Source of the DNA: Nitrosopumilaceae archaeon
GTDB lineage: Archaea > Thermoproteota > Nitrososphaeria > Nitrososphaerales > Nitrosopumilaceae
Length of the DNA: 64,000 bases
Direction: 5' to 3'
Assembly: GCA_965214835.1 (NCBI GenBank)
Contig: CBDCCK010000002.1
Coordinates: forward strand, 2,048,001 to 2,112,000
Shown one piece after another: positions 8,822 through 18,847 of this stretch; position 1 is the stretch's first letter, and each line of letters begins with the position of its first letter. A program made the translations under genes and the position numbers. The notes under the pieces were generated by a model, which saw nothing but the letters and a program-made list of their open reading frames with translations, did no database searches and was not told the DNA's origin.

Positions 8822-11800
8822 TTACTCTATTCCTATCCGTACCACTTTGCCGTCAATGTCGACTTTTTTGTATTCACTGCATGCCTCAGAGAACTCTATT
8901 TTTTTGACCCTGACCAGGAATGCCAGCTCTGATGCCTTTCCCTCCAGCATGCTTTGCGACTCCTCGTCCAAGTCTAGAATCGATGCGACCTCCAGGACGT
9001 CGGTGGGGTTGTGACCCCTCTCCTTTCTAAGTCTCTGGATGCGTCTTGCAACGTCTCTTACCAGCCCCCTTGCCGTCATCTCCTGGTTCCTCTCCGTGGA
9101 GATGATCACCGTGATCCTGCCCCGCTTTGATAGCGCATATCCCTCAGATGCGCCAAGCGAGACGATAAAGTCCTCCTTGTCCAGAACGACGTCCTCTTCT
9201 AGCTGGAACGTGTACTGGGATTCTTCCTTTAGCGATGCGACGATCTCCTCGGGATCCGTTTCATGATGCCTTTTGATCAGCGGGCCCATGAGCTGCCTTG
9301 CTTTGGGGCCGACTCGCTTTGGCTCCAGCTCCACAACCGGCCTTACAGGCAGCCTGATCTTCTTCATCTCCAAGATCTGCTCTAGGCCGTCGTGGTTTTC
9401 TAGCTCGTGGATCGTGTACTTTTCTACGTTTAGCTGCGCAGTCAAAAACTCTGATAGCGATTCCAGCCTTTCCCCCAGGCCCCCCTCCAGGCAGATTATT
9501 GCCTCGCCTAGCTGCCATCTCCGCTTGAGCCCCACCTTCATTCTGGCAGCTGCCGCAATTGAGACGCATTCCATCATCAGGTCAAACGACTCCTCCACGG
9601 AGTCGCTGATCAGCGACTCTTGCGGCTCTGGCCACCTTTCGAGCAGGATGGATTTGTTTTGCCCAAACGTGCTTAGGTAGAGGTACTCGCTCGTGTACGG
9701 GCACACCGGATGGATGAGCACGTCAAGCGTGCCTAGCACCTCGTGCAGTACGGCATAGATTGCAAGCCTGCGATCTCTTTTAGAGTCCTCCTCGTCCCAC
9801 AGCTCCCTGCGCGTAATGGGCACGTAGATCTGGCTCAGCGAGCCGATGATAAAGTCCTCGATTGCCCTTGCAGACTCGTGGAGGCGGCACCTGTCGCCTA
9901 GCTCCGTCATGTCCCCGATCAGCCTCTGAAGCTTTGAGAGCAGCCAGACGTCTGCGGGGGTCAGCAGGCCCCTGTCACTTGCCCACCGGATGGTAGATGA
10001 GGCATCAAAGCTGTCGTACTGGCTGTTTTGCCTGTAGTACAGGTGCAGGTGGTACAGGGTGCTTACGACCTTGTACGGCCTTGACATGAGCTCCCTTGTG
10101 TCAAAGCTTAGCGGCTCGATGGGGCTTGACTTCCAGACAAAGTAGAACCTGATCATGTCAACCGGATACCTTGTCAGCAGCCCCTCTGCGTCCAGGACGT
10201 TTCCCTCACTCTTGCTCATCTTGCCTCCCCCTTCGTCAAGTACGTGGCCCTGGAACAGGAACGCGTTGTACGGCGCCGCCGGCGCGTTGTTCAATATTAC
10301 GTTCTCAATTAGCAGCGTATATGCCCATCCCCTCGTCTGATCGATCCCCTCCGTAAAGAACGGCGCGGGGATCTCATTCCTGTAGGCCTCATCAGTCAGC
10401 GACGAGTACGGCGCCGAGCCGCTGTTGTGCCAGGTGTCCAGTACGTACCTGTCGCGCCTTGTATTCTGGCCCCCGCACTCTTTGCACCTTACTATAACGC
10501 CGTCGATCCACGGCATGTGCAGCTCAAACCCCTCGCCGTCCGGCAGATCTGCTGAGTTTTCGACTATCTCCCTTCTTGAAAAGCACCATGTCTTCTCCCC
10601 GCAGTCCCCGCAGATCCATACCGGCAGCGGACATCCCCAGATCCTCTCCCTTGAGATGCACCACGGGTGCTTTTCCCTGATGATTCCAAGGAACCGGTTC
10701 TTTGGGGCCTCGTAAAAGTACTCGACGTTTTCGGCCGCCTCTACTGCCTTGTCCCCTAGCCTGTCGAGCTTGTAAAACCACCCCCTTCTTGCAAGCCATA
10801 CTATCCGATGGCGCGAGCGCCAGCACAGCGGGTACTTGTGTCTGATCCTGCCGATTCTTACCAGGGCGTTTTTTGCCCTCAGATCCTCTACGATTACCCT
10901 GTCTGCGTCCCTTACGAACAGTCCCTCGTATTTTCCGGCGCCTGCCGTGAATTTTACCTCGTCGTTGATCGGGCTGAAGATCCTCACCCTGCGCTTGGTG
11001 GCCGTCCTGATGTCCTCCTCGCCGTTTGCAGGCGAGAGGTGCACCAGCCCGCTTCCTGCACCTGCATCCACAAACCCCTCTGACACTGCCACGTGGTAGT
11101 TGTCCTCCGCGGCGCACTCTGCAAGCTCTGGAACCTCGTCTAGCAGCGGGTGGATGTACTTTCTGCCCTCAAACTCCGAGCCCCTGACGGTCCTTTCCAC
11201 TGTGTACTCGGCGATGCGCACCTCGTTGAAAAACTCCCCCATCCTGGTCTTTCCGACAACCCATGTCTCGTTTTCCACCCTTACATAGTGATAGTCCTCA
11301 TCCGGGTTCAGCCCCACCATTGCGTCCGTTACAAGGGTAAATGGCATGGTGGTCCACACGATCAGGAACGCATCCTCGTCTGCAAGCCTGACCTTGTAGT
11401 ACAGCGACGGATCCCCCACCTCCTCATACCCCTGGTTGACCTCTGCGTGGCTGAGTGATGTCTGGCAGCTGGGGCAGTATGCTATTACCGTATAGTCCTC
11501 TTCTAGTATCCCGTTTTCCTTTGCGCTCTTTAGGATCTGCCACTCCCTTTCGATGAACTCGTCCCTGTACGTCCAGTATGCCTTTTGCTGGTTAAACGAC
11601 ATTCCAAGCAGCTCGTCCACCCGGATCCATTTCTCGCTGTACTTTTGAACCAGCCTCTTGCACTCTGAGACCAGCCTTTCGACTCCGACCTTTTCAATTA
11701 CCTCCGACTTGCTCCCAGTTACGCCAAGCTCCTTTTCTGCCTGAAGCTCCACGGGAAGTCCCTGGGCGTCCCATCCTGCATTAAAGGAAACCTTGAATCC

Positions 11801-12016
11801 CTGTAGGGTTTTGTATCTGTACCACATGTCCTTGATTACCCTTCCGCGGAGGTGGCCTGCGTGCGGAGTGCCGTTCATCGTGGGCGGCCCCTCGATAAAC
11901 CTCATCCTTCCTGGCTTGTCTGAGCCAAAGATGAGGCCCTCCAGATCCAGATTCCTTTTATATTCTCTGATCTGGGACTCGATCCTCTTTGCATCAAACT
12001 CTCCGGCTAGCTCCAT
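8822..12016 (-). CDS. ileS: Isoleucyl-tRNA synthetase
   Basis: EGPPTMNG, HAGH, GWDAQGLPVE, WTTMP, WCISR, EGIDQTRGW, KMSKS; start placed at MELAGEF. Confidence 0.97.
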   Translation of the reverse strand: MELAGEFDAKRIESQIREYKRNLDLEGLIFGSDKPGRMRFIEGPPTMNGTPHAGHLRGRVIKDMWYRYKTLQGFKVSFNAGWDAQGLPVELQAEKELGVTGSKSEVIEKVGVERLVSECKRLVQKYSEKWIRVDELLGMSFNQQKAYWTYRDEFIEREWQILKSAKENGILEEDYTVIAYCPSCQTSLSHAEVNQGYEEVGDPSLYYKVRLADEDAFLIVWTTMPFTLVTDAMVGLNPDEDYHYVRVENETWVVGKTRMGEFFNEVRIAEYTVERTVRGSEFEGRKYIHPLLDEVPELAECAAEDNYHVAVSEGFVDAGAGSGLVHLSPANGEEDIRTATKRRVRIFSPINDEVKFTAGAGKYEGLFVRDADRVIVEDLRAKNALVRIGRIRHKYPLCWRSRHRIVWLARRGWFYKLDRLGDKAVEAAENVEYFYEAPKNRFLGIIREKHPWCISRERIWGCPLPVWICGDCGEKTWCFSRREIVENSADLPDGEGFELHMPWIDGVIVRCKECGGQNTRRDRYVLDTWHNSGSAPYSSLTDEAYRNEIPAPFFTEGIDQTRGWAYTLLIENVILNNAPAAPYNAFLFQGHVLDEGGGKMSKSEGNVLDAEGLLTRYPVDMIRFYFVWKSSPIEPLSFDTRELMSRPYKVVSTLYHLHLYYRQNSQYDSFDASSTIRWASDRGLLTPADVWLLSKLQRLIGDMTELGDRCRLHESARAIEDFIIGSLSQIYVPITRRELWDEEDSKRDRRLAIYAVLHEVLGTLDVLIHPVCPYTSEYLYLSTFGQNKSILLERWPEPQESLISDSVEESFDLMMECVSIAAAARMKVGLKRRWQLGEAIICLEGGLGERLESLSEFLTAQLNVEKYTIHELENHDGLEQILEMKKIRLPVRPVVELEPKRVGPKARQLMGPLIKRHHETDPEEIVASLKEESQYTFQLEEDVVLDKEDFIVSLGASEGYALSKRGRITVIISTERNQEMTARGLVRDVARRIQRLRKERGHNPTDVLEVASILDLDEESQSMLEGKASELAFLVRVKKIEFSEACSEYKKVDIDGKVVRIGIE

Positions 12017-12078
12017 TTGCCCCCTGACTGGTATGTCCCGTGACGTAATAAAGCTAAATGAACCTGCAGGCATGGGGC

Positions 12079-12172
12079 AATGGTGCACACAGTTGAAAAA
12101 TTGTGCTGTTTTCTTATCAAAACATACACGATATGTCAAAATTATGTTCTGATTTTTGATGTGTGTTCTATA
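12079..12172 (-). repeat. MITE family D, copy 2
   Basis: Reverse complement matches 8638-8731; ends in CTATA. Confidence 0.75.
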
Positions 12173-12362
12173 TTTCTCTGCTGGACGGGCAGAGTCACAA
12201 CTGGCCGATTCGTGCCCGGCCGGTCAGGGGTAGGTGACGCTGCATGCCGGTAATCACAATTCCCTGATGCCATCTGCCGTCCACGGCATGTGATCATGAG
12301 GCGCTGCGGGAGCCCTTCGTCAGCACGCTTGCCCAACTAGTAGGCAAAAAGGCCCTGCCTGC

Positions 12363-12917
12363 CTATGGCCTGTAAACCCGCTCCTCTGTGACGACATAGT
12401 CCATCTGGACGTCGTGCTCCTCGCGTGGCATGGCCCTGACGATCTGCTTTTGAAAGCACAGTGCGATCTTTACTGCCCCGCTGCCGGCCAGATACCTGTC
12501 ATAGAATCCCCGTCCATGCCCGATTCTATACCCGTCCACTGACGCCCCCACGGCTGGGATTACCAGCACCTCCATTTTTTGTGCGGCAGGGCATCCCTCC
12601 TTTGGCTCCATAATGTCAAAACTGCCCGGCTCCAGGCTTGAGAATCCCTCTATCTCCCTGAACTCCAGCTCCTCCCCTGAAACCTTGGGCAGGTACACCC
12701 TTCGCCCGTTGCTTATCGCCTCTTGCATTATTTTCTGCGTAAGCACCTCGCTGCCTGCCGGATAGTACAGTCCGATTTTTGTGGCAAGGTTAAACGGCGG
12801 GATCTTTTTCAAGTTGGCATGTATTTTTCCCGAATTGATCTCCATTAGATCGTGTGACGTCCCGTCTCTTTTCTCCAGCAGCAGCTTTCGCAGCGCCGCC
12901 TTTTTCTCACTGGCCAA
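12363..12917 (-). CDS. 5-formyltetrahydrofolate cyclo-ligase
   Basis: KAALRK, VYLPKV, IMEP, RIGHGRGFYDRYL, EEHDVQMD. Confidence 0.93.
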   Translation of the reverse strand: MASEKKAALRKLLLEKRDGTSHDLMEINSGKIHANLKKIPPFNLATKIGLYYPAGSEVLTQKIMQEAISNGRRVYLPKVSGEELEFREIEGFSSLEPGSFDIMEPKEGCPAAQKMEVLVIPAVGASVDGYRIGHGRGFYDRYLAGSGAVKIALCFQKQIVRAMPREEHDVQMDYVVTEERVYRP

Positions 12918-13770
12918 GGTGACCTGACAGGGATGCGGCAGTTACCGTGTTTTTTAGCAGCATGGCCACCGTCATGGGTCCCACCCCTCCGGGAACCGGC
13001 GTTGCAAATGCAGCCTTTTGAATAATGTCCTCATAGTCTGCATCCCCTGCAAGCCTTCCCTCGTGGCGGGTGATGGCGACATCGATGACGACTGCGCCGT
13101 CCTTTATCATGTCTGGCGTTAGTGTGAATCTGGACCTGTCTCCTACTGCTGAAACAACGATGTCTGCGGCCAGGCACCGCCCCCTTAGATCCCTCGTCTT
13201 GGAATGGCACGTAGTAACTGTTGCATTTTTTTCCAATAGCAGGTGGTACAGGGGCTTGCCTACCAGGTTACTTCTGTTGATCACGACCACGTGCTTTCCC
13301 TCAAGGTCGATATCGTGATAGTCAAGCATCTCCATGACCCCAAGAGGCGTGCATGCCACAAGCATCGCCTTTTGCCTAGCTAGCAGTCCTGCATTGTACG
13401 GAGTCAGGCCGTCTACATCCTTTGCTGGGAAAATCCCTGATACTGCTGCAAGCTCATCTATCTGTCCGGGCAGTGGCAGCTGAACTAAAATCCCGTGCAC
13501 CGTCCTGTCTTTGTTCAGGCCGCTGATCACCTCCTTGAGCCGATCCTGTGTAGCATCTGCGCCAAGCCTGTGATCCCTGGTTGTAATCCCGACCTCAGCA
13601 CACGCATTGTGCTTGCTTTTTACATATGTTGCAGATGCGGGATCATCGCCAACTAGAACCGTGGCCAGGCAGGGCTGGATTCCCTGCCCCCGCAGCTGAT
13701 CCACCCCGTGTCTTACCCTGTCCTTTACTGCCTGTGCAATGATCTTTCCGTCAATTTTTGTCCCTACCAA
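12907..13770 (-). CDS. folD: Methylenetetrahydrofolate dehydrogenase/cyclohydrolase
   Basis: YVKSK, GILVQLPLP, KDVDG, ACTPLG, TPVPGGVGPMT. Confidence 0.97.
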   Translation of the reverse strand: MVGTKIDGKIIAQAVKDRVRHGVDQLRGQGIQPCLATVLVGDDPASATYVKSKHNACAEVGITTRDHRLGADATQDRLKEVISGLNKDRTVHGILVQLPLPGQIDELAAVSGIFPAKDVDGLTPYNAGLLARQKAMLVACTPLGVMEMLDYHDIDLEGKHVVVINRSNLVGKPLYHLLLEKNATVTTCHSKTRDLRGRCLAADIVVSAVGDRSRFTLTPDMIKDGAVVIDVAITRHEGRLAGDADYEDIIQKAAFATPVPGGVGPMTVAMLLKNTVTAASLSGHLGQ

Positions 13771-13902
13771 TGGACAGATTGTGAATATTTGCTATTTAAT
13801 CCTTGAAAAGCTAATCGGGGCCTAGTATCGGAGCCTGCTGGAATCCGGCGACACCCTCCACCATACTGCTGCGTGATTCTGCCGTCAGGCATCTGCTGGG
13901 AG

Positions 13903-14013
13903 GTAACAGGTCGGGTTCTGGAAGTTCAGGCACAAATTTTGCCACCAAAAAGGGCCGCTCAGACAGAATTCATGCCTAAAATCAGGAGCAGCTTCCAGAG
14001 CCTGACCTGTTAC
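13903..14013. mobile_element. IS66-type MITE, family C (111 bp)
   Basis: TIRs GTAACAGGTCGGGTTCTGGAAG / CTTCCAGAGCCTGACCTGTTAC; 8-bp TSD GCTGGGAG. Confidence 0.88.
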
Positions 14014-14104
14014 GCTGGGAGCCTGTGTGCGCGCATGCACCCCATGCAAAAATAGGTGGGTGGATGTATCCCCCCGTGCGGCGCATTCATCCATTTTACA
14101 AAAA

Positions 14105-14467
14105 TCACTCGATTCTGCGGTAAATCACCTTGAACTCTTCTGCCAGGTCATAGGATGTGTTTAGTAGCCGAGTCATCTGGTTCATGGACGTCTTGCCCTT
14201 TCCCAGCTGCCTCAGGATTGTCAGCGCCTTCATGTCAGAGTTTTGCAAGACGCCGGACTGCCCCGCCCATGACTTGAACTCCTTGCTCACATCCAGGCAA
14301 AAGTTGAGAATGAAAAACTCCCAGTCCTTGATTGGGTTCACCGTAGGATCCTTGTGCATGATTGTCTCTGCAAGCTCCTTGAACTCATTTTTCCTGTCCA
14401 AAATGAGCATGTCTAGGGCCTTTTTCGTCCTGGCCTCCTCGAACTCCTCGTGCATCAAAATCGACAT
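14105..14467 (-). CDS. Hypothetical protein
   Basis: Helical ORF; start MSILMHEEF chosen, uncertain. Confidence 0.7.
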   Translation of the reverse strand: MSILMHEEFEEARTKKALDMLILDRKNEFKELAETIMHKDPTVNPIKDWEFFILNFCLDVSKEFKSWAGQSGVLQNSDMKALTILRQLGKGKTSMNQMTRLLNTSYDLAEEFKVIYRRIE

Positions 14468-14604
14468 GTCTTGATACTGCCGGCATGAAAGATAAAGCTG
14501 CACGCAGTTGAAGCTAACATCTGTTTGTTTTCCCGCAAAAATCCCCACAGGCATTCATTTTTTTCATATTTCATTATTAATACGACAATGATCCACAGTA
14601 CGCC

Positions 14605-15011
14605 ATGAAACCGGCCAAGGATCTGACAAAAAAGGAGCTGCGCTCCAAAATGGAAAAGGGCGAGGTCATGCCCTTTACATGATGACTGGCATCTACCAGC
14701 AAATCTATGACGCCAAGCTGGACGGGCAGCTAGAGGGCATTTTGCTCAAGCTTTTAAAGTACAACCACTCACTCGAGGTACGGGAGCCTATTGGGCAGTT
14801 TTTACAAGACTACGGGGTAGTCGCCTGTGATTTTTCTGAGAGCTACAGGCGATGCAACGAGTTTGACAGTGCGCTGGAGGCCTACCACCACTTTGCAAAA
14901 AACAAGTGCATGCTGATTGACACCCTGCTACAGGACCTAAGGCATACCCTAAGCTATGACTCTGTCCGTGCAGAACTGTCTGCCATGCTGAAGGAAGGCC
15001 TTACCTTCTGA
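14605..15011 (+). pseudogene. Hypothetical protein with probable 1-bp frameshift near 14667
   Basis: MKPAKDLTKKELRSKMEKGEV continues as HALYMMTGIYQQ in the 14679 frame if one base is restored. Confidence 0.55.
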
Positions 15012-15313
15012 TGGTTTCACATCTGAGTAAAGTGTGCACCTGCCGGCCAAGTCCTTAGAGTGCAAGTCAGTGGGGATCCGGTCTTGCCCTTGCTAGGACT
15101 GCCACACAATTCCACCTGCTTGACTCGGCATGTTTTTTTGAGCCTTCCCCCATTTTACGCCTGATCTGGATATCGTCTTGCGATCTTGGCCATGACGAGC
15201 TACGACGGCTCCGCCCTCCTGCTGGATCCGATCCGCCTGACCTCTGACCTGTGCCACACTTTGCTTGCACATGCTCAGAAACGCAATTATTTGGGCTATG
15301 GGACAGCCAAGCC

Positions 15314-15598
15314 ATGTTTGTTGCAATGGTAGATATCAAGCTCAAGGCAGGCGTGGAGGATGATTTTGCAAGGTCGTTTTCTGATGCAAACGCCGAGCTC
15401 TCAGGCTGCGAGGGATTCATAGGAAGACGCCTCCTAAGATCCGGCGATGGCTCGCTCAGGATTCTAGTCGAGCACGACAGCCGTGACACGTTTGAGAAAA
15501 TGCATAAGATCGACGCTCATGCAAGGTGGCACGGCAGGATGACCTCGTACATGGCAGAGGCGCCCCTGCCGAGATTCTTCCAAGTAGTTGCCAAATGA
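15314..15598 (+). CDS. Antibiotic biosynthesis monooxygenase (ABM) family protein
   Basis: KLKAGVEDDF, EGFIGRRLLR, terminal PRFFQVV; 94 aa. Confidence 0.85.
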   Translation: MFVAMVDIKLKAGVEDDFARSFSDANAELSGCEGFIGRRLLRSGDGSLRILVEHDSRDTFEKMHKIDAHARWHGRMTSYMAEAPLPRFFQVVAK

Positions 15599-15963
15599 AG
15601 CTGGACTTTGATCTCGGCTATTATGTCGAGAGGATCAGAAAAGGCAAGCCCTATTTTCACACATTTATCAGCCGTCCAAGCCTGGCTGCCGGGGTTCTGG
15701 TCCTGGGGCCCGGCGAGGAGGATACGCAGGAGCCCCACGACAGCGACGAGCTCTATTACGTCATCTCAGGCGACGGATATCTTCGAATCCGGAACCGGGA
15801 CTATCCCGTCTCCGGAGACAGGCTGTTCTTTGTGGCCAAGGGTGTCAGGCATTACTTCCATGGAAACAAAAAGGAGCTCAAGGCAGTCTATTTTTTTGGC
15901 GGACCGGACTCAGCCGATTACCGTCTTTCTGCCGACTATTCTGATCCTCTTTCTTGCAAATAG
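15595..15963 (+). CDS. Cupin domain protein
   Basis: PHDSDELYYVISGDG and FVAKGVRHYF; ATGA overlap with ABM gene. Confidence 0.9.
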   Translation: MKLDFDLGYYVERIRKGKPYFHTFISRPSLAAGVLVLGPGEEDTQEPHDSDELYYVISGDGYLRIRNRDYPVSGDRLFFVAKGVRHYFHGNKKELKAVYFFGGPDSADYRLSADYSDPLSCK

Positions 15964-16527
15964 GCTTACCGCCTCCGGATAGATCCTGTGCTCCTCCCTC
16001 AGTATCCTTCTTGACAGTGTCCTGTCGGTGTCGCCGTCTCTTACCTTGACGACTGACTGTATGATGACCGGGCCGCTGTCCACTCCGGTATCAACAAAGT
16101 GAACCGTACATCCTGAGTATTTTACCCCGTACTTTACTGCCTGCCTTTGTGCATCTAGCCCTGCAAACGATGGCAGTAGCGCAGGATGGATGTTTAAGAT
16201 CCTGTTTTTGTACCTTCTGACAAACTCCGGGCTGACAATCCTCATGAATCCGGCCAGGCACACCAGCCCGTTTGCAGGCGATACGCCGTACTCGTTTAGC
16301 ACCTTGACGACCTTTTTGTCGTACTCCCAGCGCGTTCCTGAAAAGCCCTCGCTTGCAACGACCTCCGTGGCTACCCCCAGCCTTTCTGCAATCTTGAGCC
16401 CCCCGGCATCTGCCTTGCTTGAAATTACGATGGCCGGATTGACTGGAATCCTCCTCCTCTTTACTGCCCTGAGTATGGACTCCATATTGCTTCCCCTGCC
16501 TGAAATCAAGATTCCTAACTGCAGCAA
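15910..16527 (-). CDS. purN: Phosphoribosylglycinamide formyltransferase
   Basis: ISGRGSNM, LAGFMRI, NIHPALLP, GCTVHFV, DSGP, EEHRIYP. Confidence 0.96.
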   Translation of the reverse strand: MLQLGILISGRGSNMESILRAVKRRRIPVNPAIVISSKADAGGLKIAERLGVATEVVASEGFSGTRWEYDKKVVKVLNEYGVSPANGLVCLAGFMRIVSPEFVRRYKNRILNIHPALLPSFAGLDAQRQAVKYGVKYSGCTVHFVDTGVDSGPVIIQSVVKVRDGDTDRTLSRRILREEHRIYPEAVSLFARKRIRIVGRKTVIG

Positions 16528-16567
16528 CCAGTGGGAGTGTCTTGAGCCTGCAATTAACTCATGCGGT

Positions 16568-16659
16568 GTATGTGGTCACGTCCCCCTGTTGACTAGGCGT
16601 GAAAATCATGTCATAGATATCAATTCGTGCCTGATTGGCAGGGGTAGGTGACCTCATAC
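16568..16659. mobile_element. IS66-A MITE (92 bp)
   Basis: Ends match the IS at 3717-5351; 8-bp TSD CATGCGGT. Confidence 0.9.
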
Positions 16660-16705
16660 CATGCGGTAGATGAACGGTTTTATCCTGCAGTGTCGTACCT
16701 CTGGT

Positions 16706-16987
16706 ATGACCGGGCACAAGATCACGCACATCAGGCGGAGGGGCACCGAAAAAAGGTGCGAGGCCATCACCAGTGTCAAAATGGACGGCAAGTCGGTACC
16801 TGTGGAGGACATTATCAAGATGATGCGGGGACAGGGCAGGGACAGGGTTCGCCACACCTTCTATATAGAGACCGATGGGATCCGCGTCTCTGTAAAGCTG
16901 GCGCCTGACGACGATGAGCCTACCTATATCAGAACCGAGAGGGCCGACTCCCCCTATGACAACCTGCTCAGCCTTCCAAGGTTCTAA
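16706..16987 (+). CDS. DUF3892-like small protein
   Basis: ITHIR...ITSV...FYI...YIRT...DNLLSLP pattern recalled for DUF3892. Confidence 0.7.
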   Translation: MTGHKITHIRRRGTEKRCEAITSVKMDGKSVPVEDIIKMMRGQGRDRVRHTFYIETDGIRVSVKLAPDDDEPTYIRTERADSPYDNLLSLPRF

Positions 16988-17059
16988 ATGATCATAGCTC
17001 CGGGTCTGTCCTGAACCAACCTTGCAGTTTATATCGAATCTGCCCTCCAGTGACCTTGT

Positions 17060-18037
17060 TTGGAAAGAAGAGTCCTGATGACCAAAAACGGCATCGTCTG
17101 CAAGATAAACAATGACGCTATTTCTCTGGATCCAAAGACTGCGGGCCCCGGGCTAAACTTTGTCTCTCATGCGCACTCTGATCACCTTCCAAGCAGGAGC
17201 GGGGGAACCATCCTGGCATCAAGCGAGACTGGCGCCATTGCCAACCTGCGCGGGCTTGAAATAAAGAACCACGTAACTGATCTTGACAACGTCTCCCTGC
17301 ATGATGCAGGCCACATCCTCGGCGCAAAGGGACTGCTGTATGAGGGGATATTCTACACCGGGGATATATGCACGAGGCGTCGGGGGTTTCTCCCTGGCGC
17401 CCGGGTGCCAAAATGCAAGACGCTGATCACCGAGTGCACGTTCGGACTGCCCGAGTTTGTCTTTCCCCCAGTTGCCCAAATCAAAAGACAGGTCAATGAG
17501 ATCATCTCGGACCTGTACTCCAAGGGCATACCTGTAATCCTGATGGGGTACCAGCTGGGCAAGGCCCAGACCATAACCCAGCTCTTCCAGCACTGGAACC
17601 CCCTCTACCTGCACGATTCTGTCAAGGCCATGAACGACCTGCACCGCAGCCTTGGAGTAGACCTGAGGGAGACGATGGGGCATTCGGAGGCCGAAAGGCA
17701 GGGGCTGCTGGACAAAAAGCCCTGGGTTATGGTGGCCCCGATGATGTCAGAGCGCAGCTCGTTTGTAAGGCACATGAGGTCAAGGTATGGCGCGCTGACG
17801 GTGGGCTTTAGCGGATGGGCAAAGTCCGCCCGGTTTCCCTTTGGGCGGCGATGCGACTATTCCATCCCGCTCAGTGATCACTGCGACTTTCCCGAGCTAG
17901 TCGAGATGGTAATAAGGTCAGAGGCCGAGAAGGTTTATACCACTCATGGGTTTGCAGACGAGTTTGCAGCCCACCTGCGGCAGCACGGGATAGACGCCCA
18001 GCCGTTGCGCGGGGACACGCTGGACAACTTTGCCTAA
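17060..18037 (+). CDS. Metallo-beta-lactamase/beta-CASP family nuclease
   Basis: SHAHSDH, AGHILG, YTGD, ECTFG, LSDHCD, THG. Confidence 0.9.
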   Translation: MERRVLMTKNGIVCKINNDAISLDPKTAGPGLNFVSHAHSDHLPSRSGGTILASSETGAIANLRGLEIKNHVTDLDNVSLHDAGHILGAKGLLYEGIFYTGDICTRRRGFLPGARVPKCKTLITECTFGLPEFVFPPVAQIKRQVNEIISDLYSKGIPVILMGYQLGKAQTITQLFQHWNPLYLHDSVKAMNDLHRSLGVDLRETMGHSEAERQGLLDKKPWVMVAPMMSERSSFVRHMRSRYGALTVGFSGWAKSARFPFGRRCDYSIPLSDHCDFPELVEMVIRSEAEKVYTTHGFADEFAAHLRQHGIDAQPLRGDTLDNFA

Positions 18038-18273
18038 ATCTTGACAAAGCTCCTGCAGTCGCAGTCCAGCATCAGGCAGGTCTCGTTGTTTCTTATGTGA
18101 TCCTCGTATGGGTGCCCGCAGTCTGGGTTCTTGCACATCCTTCTGGTAACCTCCCTTTGAATCACCGACTGGGCAATCCGGTTTGCCTTTTCCCTGGAAT
18201 ACCCCTTTTTGTCTACGTAATAGTGGATTATCTTGCTGTACAGCTTGTCTGCCTTAAACTCGCTCTCAATCAT
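18034..18273 (-). CDS. Small Cys/His (zinc-binding) hypothetical protein
   Basis: CKNPDCGH...H...C...CDC C-terminus; abuts the Lrp gene. Confidence 0.75.
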   Translation of the reverse strand: MIESEFKADKLYSKIIHYYVDKKGYSREKANRIAQSVIQREVTRRMCKNPDCGHPYEDHIRNNETCLMLDCDCRSFVKI

Positions 18274-18521
18274 TATTTTCCACCCTGTGAGGGGATCCAG
18301 TGAAGGGTTATCGTGGACCTGATTTTTGAGATCCTTCTAATTTTTGTCGTGATTATCTCGTCTATTCCCTCCTTGTCCTCTGAGACGATCTTGCAAAAAA
18401 TATCATAGATTCCGTAGGTGCCTCTTGCCTCTGCAACCTCTGGAATCTCTGCGATATGCCTGATGATGTCTATCTCGGATCCTAGGTCGCACTGAATCAA
18501 AACGTATACGGTCTCGGCCAT
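18273..18521 (-). CDS. Lrp/AsnC ligand-binding domain protein
   Basis: YVLIQC, GTYGIYDIFCKI, IRSTITL. Confidence 0.9.
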   Translation of the reverse strand: MAETVYVLIQCDLGSEIDIIRHIAEIPEVAEARGTYGIYDIFCKIVSEDKEGIDEIITTKIRRISKIRSTITLHWIPSQGGK

Positions 18522-18610
18522 CAGGAGACACTGCCCCTTCTTGAATCCCTGTCCCTTTGGCAGTGGCACCCAGAGTCGCCGCACCCCTCCGTGTACCTTT
18601 TTCTGATCAT
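18521..18610 (-). CDS. Putative 29-aa Cys-rich micropeptide
   Basis: MIRKRYTEGCGDSGCHCQRDRDSRRGSVS; stop overlaps the Lrp start (TGATG). Confidence 0.4.
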   Translation of the reverse strand: MIRKRYTEGCGDSGCHCQRDRDSRRGSVS

Positions 18611-18847
18611 ATGTCAGGTTAGGGCCCAACGTATATGAAGTAGGATCTAGTCCCAGCTTGTGGTTGTTTGAATAATGAGCTAAAATCTAAATATTCATTG
18701 ATAAATCCTGGCCGAGTACCAGATGGCTGCGCGGCTGCAGCCGGGCACCCGTGGGCCCCGAACCTTCAGTACAGGCGGCACTGCAGCAGCTGCAAAAATG
18801 AATGTGGTGCGGGCGTCAGGCAAAGGCCGACCAAAGTCCCGGACCTG

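Noticed and set aside
12017-12139. N-terminal extensions in the ORF track (ileS; likewise dps, Lrp, Fe-ADH, LLM, glycerate kinase)
   Set aside because: Extensions run through MITE or promoter DNA; downstream starts fit the families better
8638-12172. Inverted MITE pair around ileS as a composite transposon
   Set aside because: No shared outer TSD; copies are independently decayed; ileS is a core gene
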